Positions 9,107-17,582 of a stretch of 43,786 nucleotides of DNA are shown here, piece after piece. The DNA comes from an uncultured Methanosarcinales archaeon (lineage in GTDB: Archaea > Nanobdellota > Nanobdellia > Woesearchaeales > UBA525), in the NCBI GenBank assembly GCA_964505795.1, contig CAZDJS010000002.1:1-43786 (forward strand), in the 5' to 3' direction. The notes under the pieces were generated by a model. The model searched no databases. It was not told where the DNA came from and worked only from the letters and a program-made list of their open reading frames with translations. A program made the translations under genes and the position numbers. The first letter of the stretch is position 1, and each line of letters opens with the position of its first letter.

Positions 9107-9332
9107 ACCACCACTTTTTCTCGTCGAAACGTATATTTTTCTGCGAAAAAGACATTTATAAAACTTGTTGTAGGAGGTGTTTTCATATACCCTCCTGCTA
9201 AGCGAGTTTGTGCTTACACATTGTTTCGATCAAACAACGTCACTCTCGTTCCTGTGTTTGACTTCGTCAAACAGTGGATGAACGCCTATACTATTACTGA
9301 TTGTTGCGAGCGTAGATTTAGTTTTTCGACGG

Positions 9333-10268
9333 TCATTCTTGCACCATTCCAGTATCTGGATCGTATTTTGGAGGATTTTCCCCCTCAACGTTTGTATCTT
9401 CATAGGCTGGTCTATCTTCTCCAAGAAAGCTAATCGTGAGTTGTGTTCCTCGATATTTGCTGTTCAGATCGGTAAATGAGTATTTCCAATCATTTCCTGA
9501 TTGTGTCATCGAAAAAATAAATCCTTCACGATAAAATGTGCTTTGTTGAGCGTGATTTTCGTCAGTTACTGTAATTCTTGGATCTTTTGTCGTCATAATT
9601 AGTCTCTCTTCAATAAAACTATAGAGTTGTAAAAGCCGTGAAGTATAGGCTAAGTCGAGAGTGTGTGTTTCTTGCTCGTTTTCATACTCTGCATCTACAA
9701 TGACTGCACTTTTTCCAAAAGTAACGCTTACTTCTGGGTTTGTCCACTGAGATATTCTTGTTCCAAGTTCTTCATCAACAGCAGAATTTTGACAAGTGAT
9801 CAGATCTTCTTCTATTTTTTGTGTGAGCTGTTCTTGATGAGAATTTGACCCGTAACTATCTCGAAAGCAGTGTTGATTTTCTGTTTGTAATCGGCTGTTA
9901 GGTCCTTGTGGGTCACAGAGTGGTGTAAGGTTTCGTGTGCCAAAGAGCGTGCTTCTTGTGGTGTCGTCGTAGCGCGAAAGTGGTGTTCCAAAGACGTCAT
10001 CAAGAGGTTCTGTTAAGCCAATATCTTCTGGTTTTTGATTACTAGGACCTAGTAATGCATAATACTCTCCTTCTGCTAGACTATCAAAATAATCGTAGAC
10101 TGCATTCTCCACACAAGAGCTCAAGTAATTTCTTGCCTCTGGGGTGACTCCTGAAGTTGTTTCAATCGAACTAAATCCGACATAAGCAAGCAGTCCAAAA
10201 ACAATAACGAGCACAAGTCCGACAATAAAGAAAATTGTGAGTTGTCCTTTTTTTGTTCCTGTGTTCAT
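9333..10268 (-). CDS. Type IV pilin-like protein with class III signal peptide (311 aa)
   Basis: The N-terminus is MNTGTKKG|QLTIFFIVGLVLVIVFGLLAYVGF. It has an ATGA overlap with the Memo-like gene (10265-10268). Confidence 0.6.
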   Translation of the reverse strand: MNTGTKKGQLTIFFIVGLVLVIVFGLLAYVGFSSIETTSGVTPEARNYLSSCVENAVYDYFDSLAEGEYYALLGPSNQKPEDIGLTEPLDDVFGTPLSRYDDTTRSTLFGTRNLTPLCDPQGPNSRLQTENQHCFRDSYGSNSHQEQLTQKIEEDLITCQNSAVDEELGTRISQWTNPEVSVTFGKSAVIVDAEYENEQETHTLDLAYTSRLLQLYSFIEERLIMTTKDPRITVTDENHAQQSTFYREGFIFSMTQSGNDWKYSFTDLNSKYRGTQLTISFLGEDRPAYEDTNVEGENPPKYDPDTGMVQE

Positions 10269-11119
10269 TTTTCCTCAAAAACTATTGATGCGTAACTCAC
10301 AGTGTTTTTTTGTTCTTGGAGAATTTCTGCACTCGTATAATATTGCTCAAGCAAAACTTTGCAGGGTTTGAGCAATTCAAGCAAAAGGGTTATTGCTAAA
10401 GTCCCATCTATTGGTGCAAAATTTTGGTCAATGTAGTGTTGCCATGCTTTTGCGTTTTGTGCTTTGATAAGATCTATTCCTTTTGCATCAAACTCGTAAA
10501 CATTTTTTTGCACGTCTTCAAAGAACTGAACATAATGAAACATCGGCCCGTGTCGTAAGAAATCTGAACTCACGATAAAAATAGCTTTTTTGTTTTGCTC
10601 CATGAGCGTTTCTTGCAAATCAAGAGCGAACTTTTTCAAATCTAAATCGGAACTTACAATAACTGGAAGAATTTTTATTGCTTCGTTTTGTTTTTTTGCA
10701 AACTGCAAGTAAGGGAGTTGCACCTCAATTCCATGATCTCGATTGTGAATTTCCTCGTCGTAACTAATTGTTCCTTTTTCTACAATTCCTCGTGCAAGGT
10801 CTTGATCAACACGAACCATTCCAAGCGGTGTTTCAAAAGTTTCTGTGGTTATTCCTGATTCTCTACTGTGGTGATTTGCGCTTAGTATAATGTAGACTTC
10901 AGGCATTGGTGTTTCTGCGAGTGCTTTATACGACCATGCAGCGCATGGTGAACAGTGAGAGTAGGGACTGTTTGGTGCAATGATTGCCTTTACTTTTCTT
11001 CCTTCTCCGCTAGGAAGTGCTCCTGGTCCTCTTTCGTTATGATAACTCGCATCTATTTGTTCTGAGAGTAATGTTTCTGCTCGTTCGTAATAAATTCCTG
11101 AACATGTTGGACTTCGCAT
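10265..11119 (-). CDS. Memo-family protein (MEMO1 / AmmeMemoRadiSam system protein B-like)
   Basis: AIIAPNSPYSHCSPCAAWSYKA, DHGIEVQLPYLQ, IVSSDFLRHGPMFHY and TVSYASI align with the MEMO1 blocks [43 protein letters not shown] and SVSYAAG. Confidence 0.8.
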   Translation of the reverse strand: MRSPTCSGIYYERAETLLSEQIDASYHNERGPGALPSGEGRKVKAIIAPNSPYSHCSPCAAWSYKALAETPMPEVYIILSANHHSRESGITTETFETPLGMVRVDQDLARGIVEKGTISYDEEIHNRDHGIEVQLPYLQFAKKQNEAIKILPVIVSSDLDLKKFALDLQETLMEQNKKAIFIVSSDFLRHGPMFHYVQFFEDVQKNVYEFDAKGIDLIKAQNAKAWQHYIDQNFAPIDGTLAITLLLELLKPCKVLLEQYYTSAEILQEQKNTVSYASIVFEEK

Positions 11120-11183
11120 AAGGTTTTCTTTTTTTAGTTCTTTAAATGTCTTGCGAGAATTTAGATAGCAACATTATTTAATT

Positions 11184-11290
11184 ATAATATGTTGCGCAAA
11201 GACAGAAATCACACCGAGCAGAGGGGATTTCGCAATCTCTGCACTCACAGCAAATCTCCGCAACCATGTGATTCTTTTGTCGCTAACTAA
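11184..11290 (+). repeat. Structured repeat element, copy B (partly decayed)
   Basis: It shares these blocks with copy A: ataatatgttgc, aaagacagaaatcacaccga, gatttcgcaatctctgc, cagcaaatctccgcaac and attcttttgtcgctaac. A right-end-like fragment, gcaacattattt, lies immediately 5' at 11168-11179. Confidence 0.65.
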
Positions 11291-11310
11291 TTTATGAGAA
11301 TGAGTAATCA

Positions 11311-11805
11311 CTATAACACATCCCACACTGCGTCGAGTGCTTTTTGGTCTCTCATATCAAGTGGTTTTTTTGCTCCTGAAACAACTTGTCCTTTGAGTCC
11401 TTTTTTCTTGAGTATTTTTTTGTCCTGCATCCATCGTCCAAGAACAATTTCAGTTTCAATATCTGAAAGAACGTAGAATAACTGCAAATTATTCTTTTTT
11501 GCAAGCTCGGCTTCTACTTGTGTAATACTTTTTCTGTAGTGGGTATGGTCTTTTCTCGGGTCAAGACCAAATCCTATGATTCCGTCTATTCGTTTGTCTT
11601 CAAAAAATTGTCTTTCTGGTGGTGCAAGGAGCAAATCGGATTTTTTACGATTTTTTGCAATGTCTTTTTTATCAGTAATAAGAATTGCAGTTGTTCCTTG
11701 TTTTTTTGCTGGTACTTGCTTATAACATAAGATTATTTCAACACCGAGCTTTTCAGCTTCTTTAAGAAGTTCTTCTTCGTTTCCTTGAGGAAATACGAGT
11801 TCCAT
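11311..11805 (-). CDS. RNase P protein component 3 (Rpp30-like)
   Basis: IDGIIGFGLDPRKDHTHY...AKKNNLQLFYVLSDI...VVSGAKKPLDMRDQKALDAV resembles the archaeal Rpp30 pattern (VDAIISP..RKD.GIDHVLAK....NVAL.FSL ... TSSA....DVR.PRDL). At 164 aa it is shorter than typical. Confidence 0.55.
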   Translation of the reverse strand: MELVFPQGNEEELLKEAEKLGVEIILCYKQVPAKKQGTTAILITDKKDIAKNRKKSDLLLAPPERQFFEDKRIDGIIGFGLDPRKDHTHYRKSITQVEAELAKKNNLQLFYVLSDIETEIVLGRWMQDKKILKKKGLKGQVVSGAKKPLDMRDQKALDAVWDVL

Positions 11806-11820
11806 AAAAAAATAGAATTC

Positions 11821-12009
11821 CTATGAAGTTAAATGTGTTACGCCAAGAATCTTCTCTGTTCGTATTCGCATCGTGTGTTCAGCGCCTCTTAAGGTTAAAA
11901 CATCACTTGTACAATTTGTTATTGTTCCACGTATCCACTCGCCACAAAAAATATCTACTTCTTGGTTTTGTAGTGTTGTGAGGAATTCTGTTGTCGTCAT
12001 CTCTACCAC
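11821..12009 (-). CDS. Small hypothetical protein (62 aa)
   Basis: This is an ORF only. It is compactly spaced between the flanking minus-strand genes and has no recognisable motif. Confidence 0.35.
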   Translation of the reverse strand: MVEMTTTEFLTTLQNQEVDIFCGEWIRGTITNCTSDVLTLRGAEHTMRIRTEKILGVTHLTS

Positions 12010-12036
12010 CTATACCCTTCTCGGTGATTTTTGTTT

Positions 12037-12945
12037 TTAAATATTGTTGGTCATTGAACTCGTGTTCTCAACATGTTGTTTCGAGGTATGGAAAGAAATG
12101 AGTCTGCACGCTGCACACTGATCTCCTGCGCTTGGAGAACCACATACAGCACAAAATTTTGGTATGGTTGTCACGGGTACTCTTGCTCGTATCGAGAGGT
12201 AATTTTTGAGAATGTTCTGTTTGGTTTGAGGGTGTTTGAGAGTGTATTCGTTCAGTGCGTCTCGTACTTTTGCTCTGTAGCTTGCGTGAGCGTAAGGGCA
12301 CTCGGTCCATTCACCTGCGAAGCCTTCGAGGAGCGCGTAAGTAAGTATTTCTTTTTCTGTGCAAAAATAAAGTGGTTTTATTCGTTGTGTAAGGCCTTGG
12401 TGTGACCCTGTTTTTGGTCCTGCTCGTGTGAGCATTTGTGTCTGTGCTCGTAATATGTTCATGAGTATCGCTTGCGCTTCGTCGTCAGCATTATGTCCTG
12501 TCGCAATGACTTCGTAGTCTTTTGCGTATTTATTCATGAGATGCCGGCGTAGTGTTCCGCAAGTCGTGCATGCGGAGGTGTTTTTTCCTTTCATGATGGT
12601 GTCGAGTTCTTTTCCCACAAGGCTTGTAAAAGGAACTATTTTGAGCGGGATGTTTCTTTTTGTGCAAAATTCTTTTAGTTCAATGAGCGTGTCGCTTCGG
12701 TAGCCTGCGATTCCTTCGTCAATTGCAAGAGCATCAACAGAGTAACCGAATTTATTGAGTAAATGCAACGTTGTGAGGCTGTCTTTTCCTCCGCTTGCAG
12801 CTACAAGAATAGTCTTATTATTTGGAATAAGTGCGTGGTCTTGTATTGTTTTTTTGACTTTCTTCTCGAACTGTTCCACAAAGTGTTCTTGACACAGTGC
12901 TGGCTTAGTCCATATTGCTTTTTTTTCGCAATGTTCACATTTCAT
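12037..12945 (-). CDS. PP-loop tRNA 2-thiolation enzyme (TtuA/Ncs6/NcsA family)
   Basis: It carries the SGGKDS PP-loop, an N-terminal CEHC...C Zn finger and a C-terminal CAVCG...CAAC Zn finger. The Cys triad (SACTTCG ... ECPYA) is as in Fe-S dependent TtuA/Ncs6. Confidence 0.8.
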   Translation of the reverse strand: MKCEHCEKKAIWTKPALCQEHFVEQFEKKVKKTIQDHALIPNNKTILVAASGGKDSLTTLHLLNKFGYSVDALAIDEGIAGYRSDTLIELKEFCTKRNIPLKIVPFTSLVGKELDTIMKGKNTSACTTCGTLRRHLMNKYAKDYEVIATGHNADDEAQAILMNILRAQTQMLTRAGPKTGSHQGLTQRIKPLYFCTEKEILTYALLEGFAGEWTECPYAHASYRAKVRDALNEYTLKHPQTKQNILKNYLSIRARVPVTTIPKFCAVCGSPSAGDQCAACRLISFHTSKQHVENTSSMTNNI

Positions 12946-12996
12946 AGAAAAGAAGATTGTGTGAGTATTTATAGAAGTATGCTTAAGAATAAATAG

Positions 12997-15984
12997 TTAA
13001 GGACATTGATAGATTATGTTTGGATCGAAAGGATTATTGTTTTGTTCTGGAGGGCATTCGGAATCAATAAAATCGAATACTTGGCACGTTCTTATTTGTG
13101 GACTCGGGGATATACAAAAATTATTTTGGCCTGGACAATCAAATTGGTTTTCACAATTTGAAAAACTACAACTCACGTGATTGTAAGGGTTTAAAAGAGG
13201 TCCTAAGTCTTCGTTTGCTGTTTTATCTGACGCATCCCAACATCCTTTGCTGTTACCTGAACCTTGTGATTCATAATGAATTTGGTATCCTCCTTGTCGA
13301 GGTTCGAGAGTAACAATAGCCCAGTTTGAGCTTCCTCCAGGATTATTATATAGTTCAATAGCTTCTTGAGTGTAAGGATCGTAAGGAATTATTTTAGTTA
13401 AGTCCCCGTCAATTGTTCCATCATCACCATCCCAGTCACAAAGATGTCCTCCATTTCCTGATTGTTCACCGCTGGCTTCGACAATTATTTCTGCATCTCC
13501 AAACTCACCAATTCTTGCTGAGAAGGTGTACTTTCCTTGAACGTGCATAACATTTGTTGTTGATGGACAAGCGTTCTGACAGTCTGCACAGGTGTTAATA
13601 TCTTCTGTATCTGGGCTGCAAAAACCATCGAAATTGCATGCTTCTCCTGTACTTCCACCATCATCAACACAGGTGTTATCTTGATTGTCAATAAGTCCGT
13701 TGCAATTATTATCAATTCCATCGCCACAGATTTCTTGCTCTCCGGGATTAATTGTTTCATTGTTATCATCACAATCGAATGCTTGAGGACTGTCTGTACA
13801 TTCTGTGACGCTCAGGTCTTGTAAGAAGCAGGACCAATCATCAACGAGGTATTGGAAGGTTCCTGCAGGAAGGTCATCAATTTCTTTGTCACTCTCAACA
13901 ATTCCTTCTTGTGTGACATCATTAAGTGTTCCTTCGCAGCTTGAGTAGTCGAAGTCTTGACTCAGACCCGGTGTGTCTTGTGTTATGTAGACTATATCTT
14001 CACCTTCTGTATTGATAATGATGTTTGTTGCTGCGCCTTCATCAAGTCTGCTCTTGTAGGTTTCTTCAAGGCTTTCAATAACTTCAATACTTCCTTCTGA
14101 ACGCTCAGCATCAATGTGATACAACGCATTTGCTTCTATACTCTCGAGAATATTGCTGTTGATTGTGATGAGTTGTGCGTTGTTTTGTAAGAGTGCTTCT
14201 TTGTGGGTTATTTCCGTTCCCGAAACAAGCTCTGCTTTGCTGTACTTTTCTGGTGTTGTCGTTGCAACTCCATCAAGAAGACCTGGAGCAATAATTCCTT
14301 CGTGAAGGTCTTGAGCGTAATAGAGTTTTGCGCCGACACTGTTCATTCCTGCGCGGCACGCTTGATAACCGCGATCATATTGTGCTCTTGGTTGTCCTTT
14401 ATCATGATAGACAAAGGTGTTTGTTTGTGTGATTGTTGCAAGACCTGCGCAAGTAAAGGCGAGCTCGAGACGTGCTTCATAGTTTTGATTTGTCGGTGGT
14501 GCTCCAAAGTCTGCTTCTGCGAGTTCGCCAGCATCGAGTAAGAAGATGGGTTGTCCACCATCATTTCTAATTTCTTGCATTACTTCTCTGTATGTTGTTG
14601 CTTGTGTGCTAAAGGCGTGTGCACTGAGATTGCAGTCATCGCCATACGAGCAAGCGTCTCCTGAAAGAGCAGTATCTAGCCCCTCTGCAAGATCAGTTAA
14701 ATGCGGGCTCACAACTATTTCTTGATAGCAATCATACTCTGTTTTATCTTGAGCGAGACAAACTTCAAATGTTGATTCGTAATTTCTTCCAGCCTGGGTA
14801 ATTTCCGCAGTGTCAAAGTCGCTTGTAACTAATGGTTGAAAAAATGCACTAATATTTTCTGTTAATCCATCCATAATTGTGTACCGAAGAGTGTTACTCA
14901 ATGTTTGCAATTCGCTAGGCAATCCTTCTCCTGTAAAGTAACCATCACCATCTGCGTCTTCGCAATTAAAACAGCCTGAAGTGTCAGCCTCGCAAGTATC
15001 TGTGTTACAACTTATTTCTCCAAAAGAAAAACCAAGGTCTTCACAACTAACACCACTCTCAAATCCGTCTTGGTCTGCTTCACAAGCTTCGCCAAACTCC
15101 AATATTTCGTTTCCACATACCGCTCCGGGTAAAGGCGTTTCGCCGTTTGGTTCTATTCTGAGTCGTGCAGTAATTTTCTTCCACTCGTTCGGTGCAAGAT
15201 TATCAAAGCGAATGACTTGTGTATTATCAGGTCCAAGTTCGTAGCTTCCTTGTACAAGTTCTCGAATATCAAAAGCAAAGTTTTTGAAAAGAATAATTCC
15301 TTGTCCGTTAGCTTGTGCGTTTTCTGCGTGATAGAAGCCTTGTATTTCTCGTGAGCCGTCTCCTGTTGCTTTTGCAAAGTATCCTCTTGTGAACGCTTCT
15401 ACATCTTGAATTTGTTCCGGTTCAAAACCAAAAAGGTTTCTGAAGAAGTCAAGAAGTCCATCCCATATTGTTGTGTCAAAGTTTGGTGTGAATGAATACG
15501 TAACTAAATAGGTTACTGGATTGCCAAGACGATAATAGAGTTGAACTCCAAACCCATTATCGACTGCTCCTTCACAATGCCACCAGTTATTATCAAGTTC
15601 TGTAGCATCATCACAAGCAGCTAAATTAAGGTCTTCTTCTCTAATATGATTTGTATTATCAATGTCTGGTTGGTAGTAGTCTTTGAGATGATTTATGACT
15701 TCGCTCGCTCCTTCAAATGAAAATATTGTTGCTTTTGCATCACTATCTATAAGGCTCATCGAACATACTGCAGGATCTGTTGGATACCCAGGAATGTTAG
15801 GGAGAAGTTTTGGATTTGTGAGAACATCAGCAGGCCCGCATTCTATCGTGTAATCTTGGTTTTCTGCAAGTTCCATGAGTGTGACAGCGTAGTGTGCTTT
15901 GAGTTCGTTTGCTTCTATTGCTTGCCCGGAGCTTACAGAGAGGAGAAGAAAGAGCATAATAAGTATTTGTTTAGCACCTACCAC
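12997..15984 (-). CDS. Secreted Cys-rich protein (995 aa)
   Basis: The start is GTG and the signal peptide is ...ILIMLFLLLSVSSGQA. It has one CGNEILEFGEACE... six-Cys module (about nt 15105-15122) like those in the giant gene. It also has a CDDNNETINPGEQEICGDGIDNNCNGLID motif (about nt 13675-13775). There is no TM anchor. Confidence 0.8.
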   Translation of the reverse strand: MVGAKQILIMLFLLLSVSSGQAIEANELKAHYAVTLMELAENQDYTIECGPADVLTNPKLLPNIPGYPTDPAVCSMSLIDSDAKATIFSFEGASEVINHLKDYYQPDIDNTNHIREEDLNLAACDDATELDNNWWHCEGAVDNGFGVQLYYRLGNPVTYLVTYSFTPNFDTTIWDGLLDFFRNLFGFEPEQIQDVEAFTRGYFAKATGDGSREIQGFYHAENAQANGQGIILFKNFAFDIRELVQGSYELGPDNTQVIRFDNLAPNEWKKITARLRIEPNGETPLPGAVCGNEILEFGEACEADQDGFESGVSCEDLGFSFGEISCNTDTCEADTSGCFNCEDADGDGYFTGEGLPSELQTLSNTLRYTIMDGLTENISAFFQPLVTSDFDTAEITQAGRNYESTFEVCLAQDKTEYDCYQEIVVSPHLTDLAEGLDTALSGDACSYGDDCNLSAHAFSTQATTYREVMQEIRNDGGQPIFLLDAGELAEADFGAPPTNQNYEARLELAFTCAGLATITQTNTFVYHDKGQPRAQYDRGYQACRAGMNSVGAKLYYAQDLHEGIIAPGLLDGVATTTPEKYSKAELVSGTEITHKEALLQNNAQLITINSNILESIEANALYHIDAERSEGSIEVIESLEETYKSRLDEGAATNIIINTEGEDIVYITQDTPGLSQDFDYSSCEGTLNDVTQEGIVESDKEIDDLPAGTFQYLVDDWSCFLQDLSVTECTDSPQAFDCDDNNETINPGEQEICGDGIDNNCNGLIDNQDNTCVDDGGSTGEACNFDGFCSPDTEDINTCADCQNACPSTTNVMHVQGKYTFSARIGEFGDAEIIVEASGEQSGNGGHLCDWDGDDGTIDGDLTKIIPYDPYTQEAIELYNNPGGSSNWAIVTLEPRQGGYQIHYESQGSGNSKGCWDASDKTANEDLGPLLNPYNHVSCSFSNCENQFDCPGQNNFCISPSPQIRTCQVFDFIDSECPPEQNNNPFDPNIIYQCP

Positions 15985-16026
15985 AACTTATTTTCACGTC
16001 TTGTGATTTATAACCTTTTTTGTCAA

Positions 16027-16140
16027 GTTGACTAGCGAGAAAAGAAATATATAATATGCTGCGGAGAGTTGCTGCGAGCGCAGAGATTACGAAATCCCAC
16101 CTGCTCGGTGTGATTTCTGTCTTTGCGGCAGCATATCGTG
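16027..16140 (-). repeat. Structured repeat element, copy C (inverted relative to A and B)
   Basis: The reverse complement reads gatatgctgccgcaaagacagaaatcacaccgagcaggtgggatttcgtaatctctgcgctcgcagcaactctccgcagcatattat.... The terminal repeat atatgCtgc/gcaGcatat carries a compensatory change relative to copy A. Confidence 0.7.
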
Positions 16141-16169
16141 CGTATATCACGAACTAAGTTTTGAAGAAC

Positions 16170-16382
16170 TCAACCACCACTTACCACACTGAGTAACTTT
16201 ATCTCATCATCATTACTAACTTCATCATCTTGTGTAATGATTGTTGAGTTTTTCGTAACAACAACTGTTTCGGGATTAATGTCAAGTTGTTTGAGAAGTT
16301 CGCCTGCGGTTCCTGTAAATTCTAATTCTGTTGTTTCTCGTGTCTTATCATAGTAGACTTTCATAAAAAAAGTAATTTCCAA
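16170..16382 (-). CDS. Ubiquitin-like beta-grasp protein (ThiS/MoaD/SAMP/TtuB-like) ending in Gly-Gly
   Basis: It is 70 aa with the C-terminus ...KLLSVVSGG followed by a stop. Its size and diglycine end are typical of sulfur-carrier or SAMP proteins. An alternative start is Met7 (16364). Confidence 0.6.
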   Translation of the reverse strand: MEITFFMKVYYDKTRETTELEFTGTAGELLKQLDINPETVVVTKNSTIITQDDEVSNDDEIKLLSVVSGG

Positions 16383-16540
16383 TAATTATTTAAAGTTCTG
16401 CATCAAATAATTTTTTTAGATGATAGCAAATACGTATATGGAATCTGTCTATGTGCTAGTTGCTATTATCAAAAAGACTTGCTAATGCTCCTGTATTCTT
16501 GGGGTGTTGCAAGGTCGGTTTCTTATCTTGCTAACACCTC

Positions 16541-16879
16541 ATGCGCAGTAGTATGGCATTTCGAGGTGGAAACATGCATTGTGTAGAATGTGAACATAAC
16601 ATTGTCAACCCAATCTGTCCAGATTGCCTCTCTGAGGGGATTGCTTGTTGGGTTGGAGAGCGAATCGGGCCAGCGGCTGCTAGTGCTGTCTTTGATATTA
16701 GTGCATCGCTGAAGTATCCAGGCGGAACGACAAAGTGCATTAAATGTCATGCAGCTATGAATATTTGTGGTTATTGCTTTAGCGATGAGCTTTTGAGCAT
16801 TCTTCAAAACCACCCTGTTGTTATGGCACAGTTCATGTATTATATGAATTTCGAGGATCGTGTTTCTCAACAACATTAA
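16541..16879 (+). CDS. Small zinc-finger protein with four CxxC pairs (hypothetical)
   Basis: The motifs CVEC-x10-CPDC ... CIKC-x6-CGYC occur in the plus frame. The likely start is MHCVEC at 16574. Competing minus-strand ORFs lack motifs. Confidence 0.5.
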   Translation: MRSSMAFRGGNMHCVECEHNIVNPICPDCLSEGIACWVGERIGPAAASAVFDISASLKYPGGTTKCIKCHAAMNICGYCFSDELLSILQNHPVVMAQFMYYMNFEDRVSQQH

Positions 16880-17004
16880 TTTCTTTTTTTTGAAAATTCA
16901 TTTATAAAAAAACAAAAAATAACCATATAGAAAATAAATAAGTATTTAAAAACATTTATAAAAGAAGTTTTGCTTCTGGAGAATAGAAGTAAGGGGGTCA
17001 TACA

Positions 17005-17565
17005 ATGAGTGAAGTTAAACTAAGACCAGAAGATAAAAGCATTCGCGTAGTAAATATTGTTGTTAGTACTAGTTTGGAACATGATATTCCACTCGAAAAA
17101 ATGGCAGCAGTTCTTCCAAACACAGAATATAATCCTGAGCAATTTCCCGGACTTGTTATTCGTATTAAGGACCCGAAAACAAGCGCACTCGTTTTTAGCA
17201 GTGGAAAAGTCGTCTGTACAGGGGCAAAAAGCCTTGATAAAGTCGATGAAAGTATTGCACAAATCATTGAAAACCTTAAGAAAATCAATGTTAATATCAC
17301 CGTCAAACCAATAATTACTGTACAAAACATTGTTGCAAGCGGTCAAATCGGAATGGATTTGAACCTCAACAAACTTGCTATGAAGCTGGATAATACAGAA
17401 TACGAGCCAGAACAATTCCCAGGACTCGTCTACAAGCTCATGGAAGCAAAAGCAACGTTTCTCTTATTTAGTAACGGAAAAATTGTTTGTACAGGAACAA
17501 AGAGCGAAGCTGCAGTACACGCGGCAGTAGACAAACTCATCGAAGTTCTCAAGAACGTCGACTAA
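17005..17565 (+). CDS. tbp: TATA-box binding protein
   Basis: It has two direct repeats with EQFPGLVIRIKDPKTSALVFSSGKVVCTGAKS and EQFPGLVYKLMEAKATFLLFSNGKIVCTGTKS. A TATA-like tttataaaag sits about 40 nt upstream. Confidence 0.95.
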   Translation: MSEVKLRPEDKSIRVVNIVVSTSLEHDIPLEKMAAVLPNTEYNPEQFPGLVIRIKDPKTSALVFSSGKVVCTGAKSLDKVDESIAQIIENLKKINVNITVKPIITVQNIVASGQIGMDLNLNKLAMKLDNTEYEPEQFPGLVYKLMEAKATFLLFSNGKIVCTGTKSEAAVHAAVDKLIEVLKNVD

Positions 17566-17582
17566 ACAGATTCACGACAAAA

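Noticed and set aside
16523-16876. Two minus-strand ORFs, and the idea that this G+C-richer patch is an ncRNA rather than a gene
   Set aside because: The plus frame contains four regularly spaced CxxC pairs (CVEC, CPDC, CIKC, CGYC), a pattern unlikely by chance. The minus-frame products have no motifs. I kept this as a moderate-confidence CDS.
17487-17582. Upstream Met extending the membrane-protein ORF into tbp
   Set aside because: The extension overlaps the tbp C-terminus in another frame and translates to an R/S-rich non-protein-like stretch. The ATG at 17583, just after the tbp stop, fits better.
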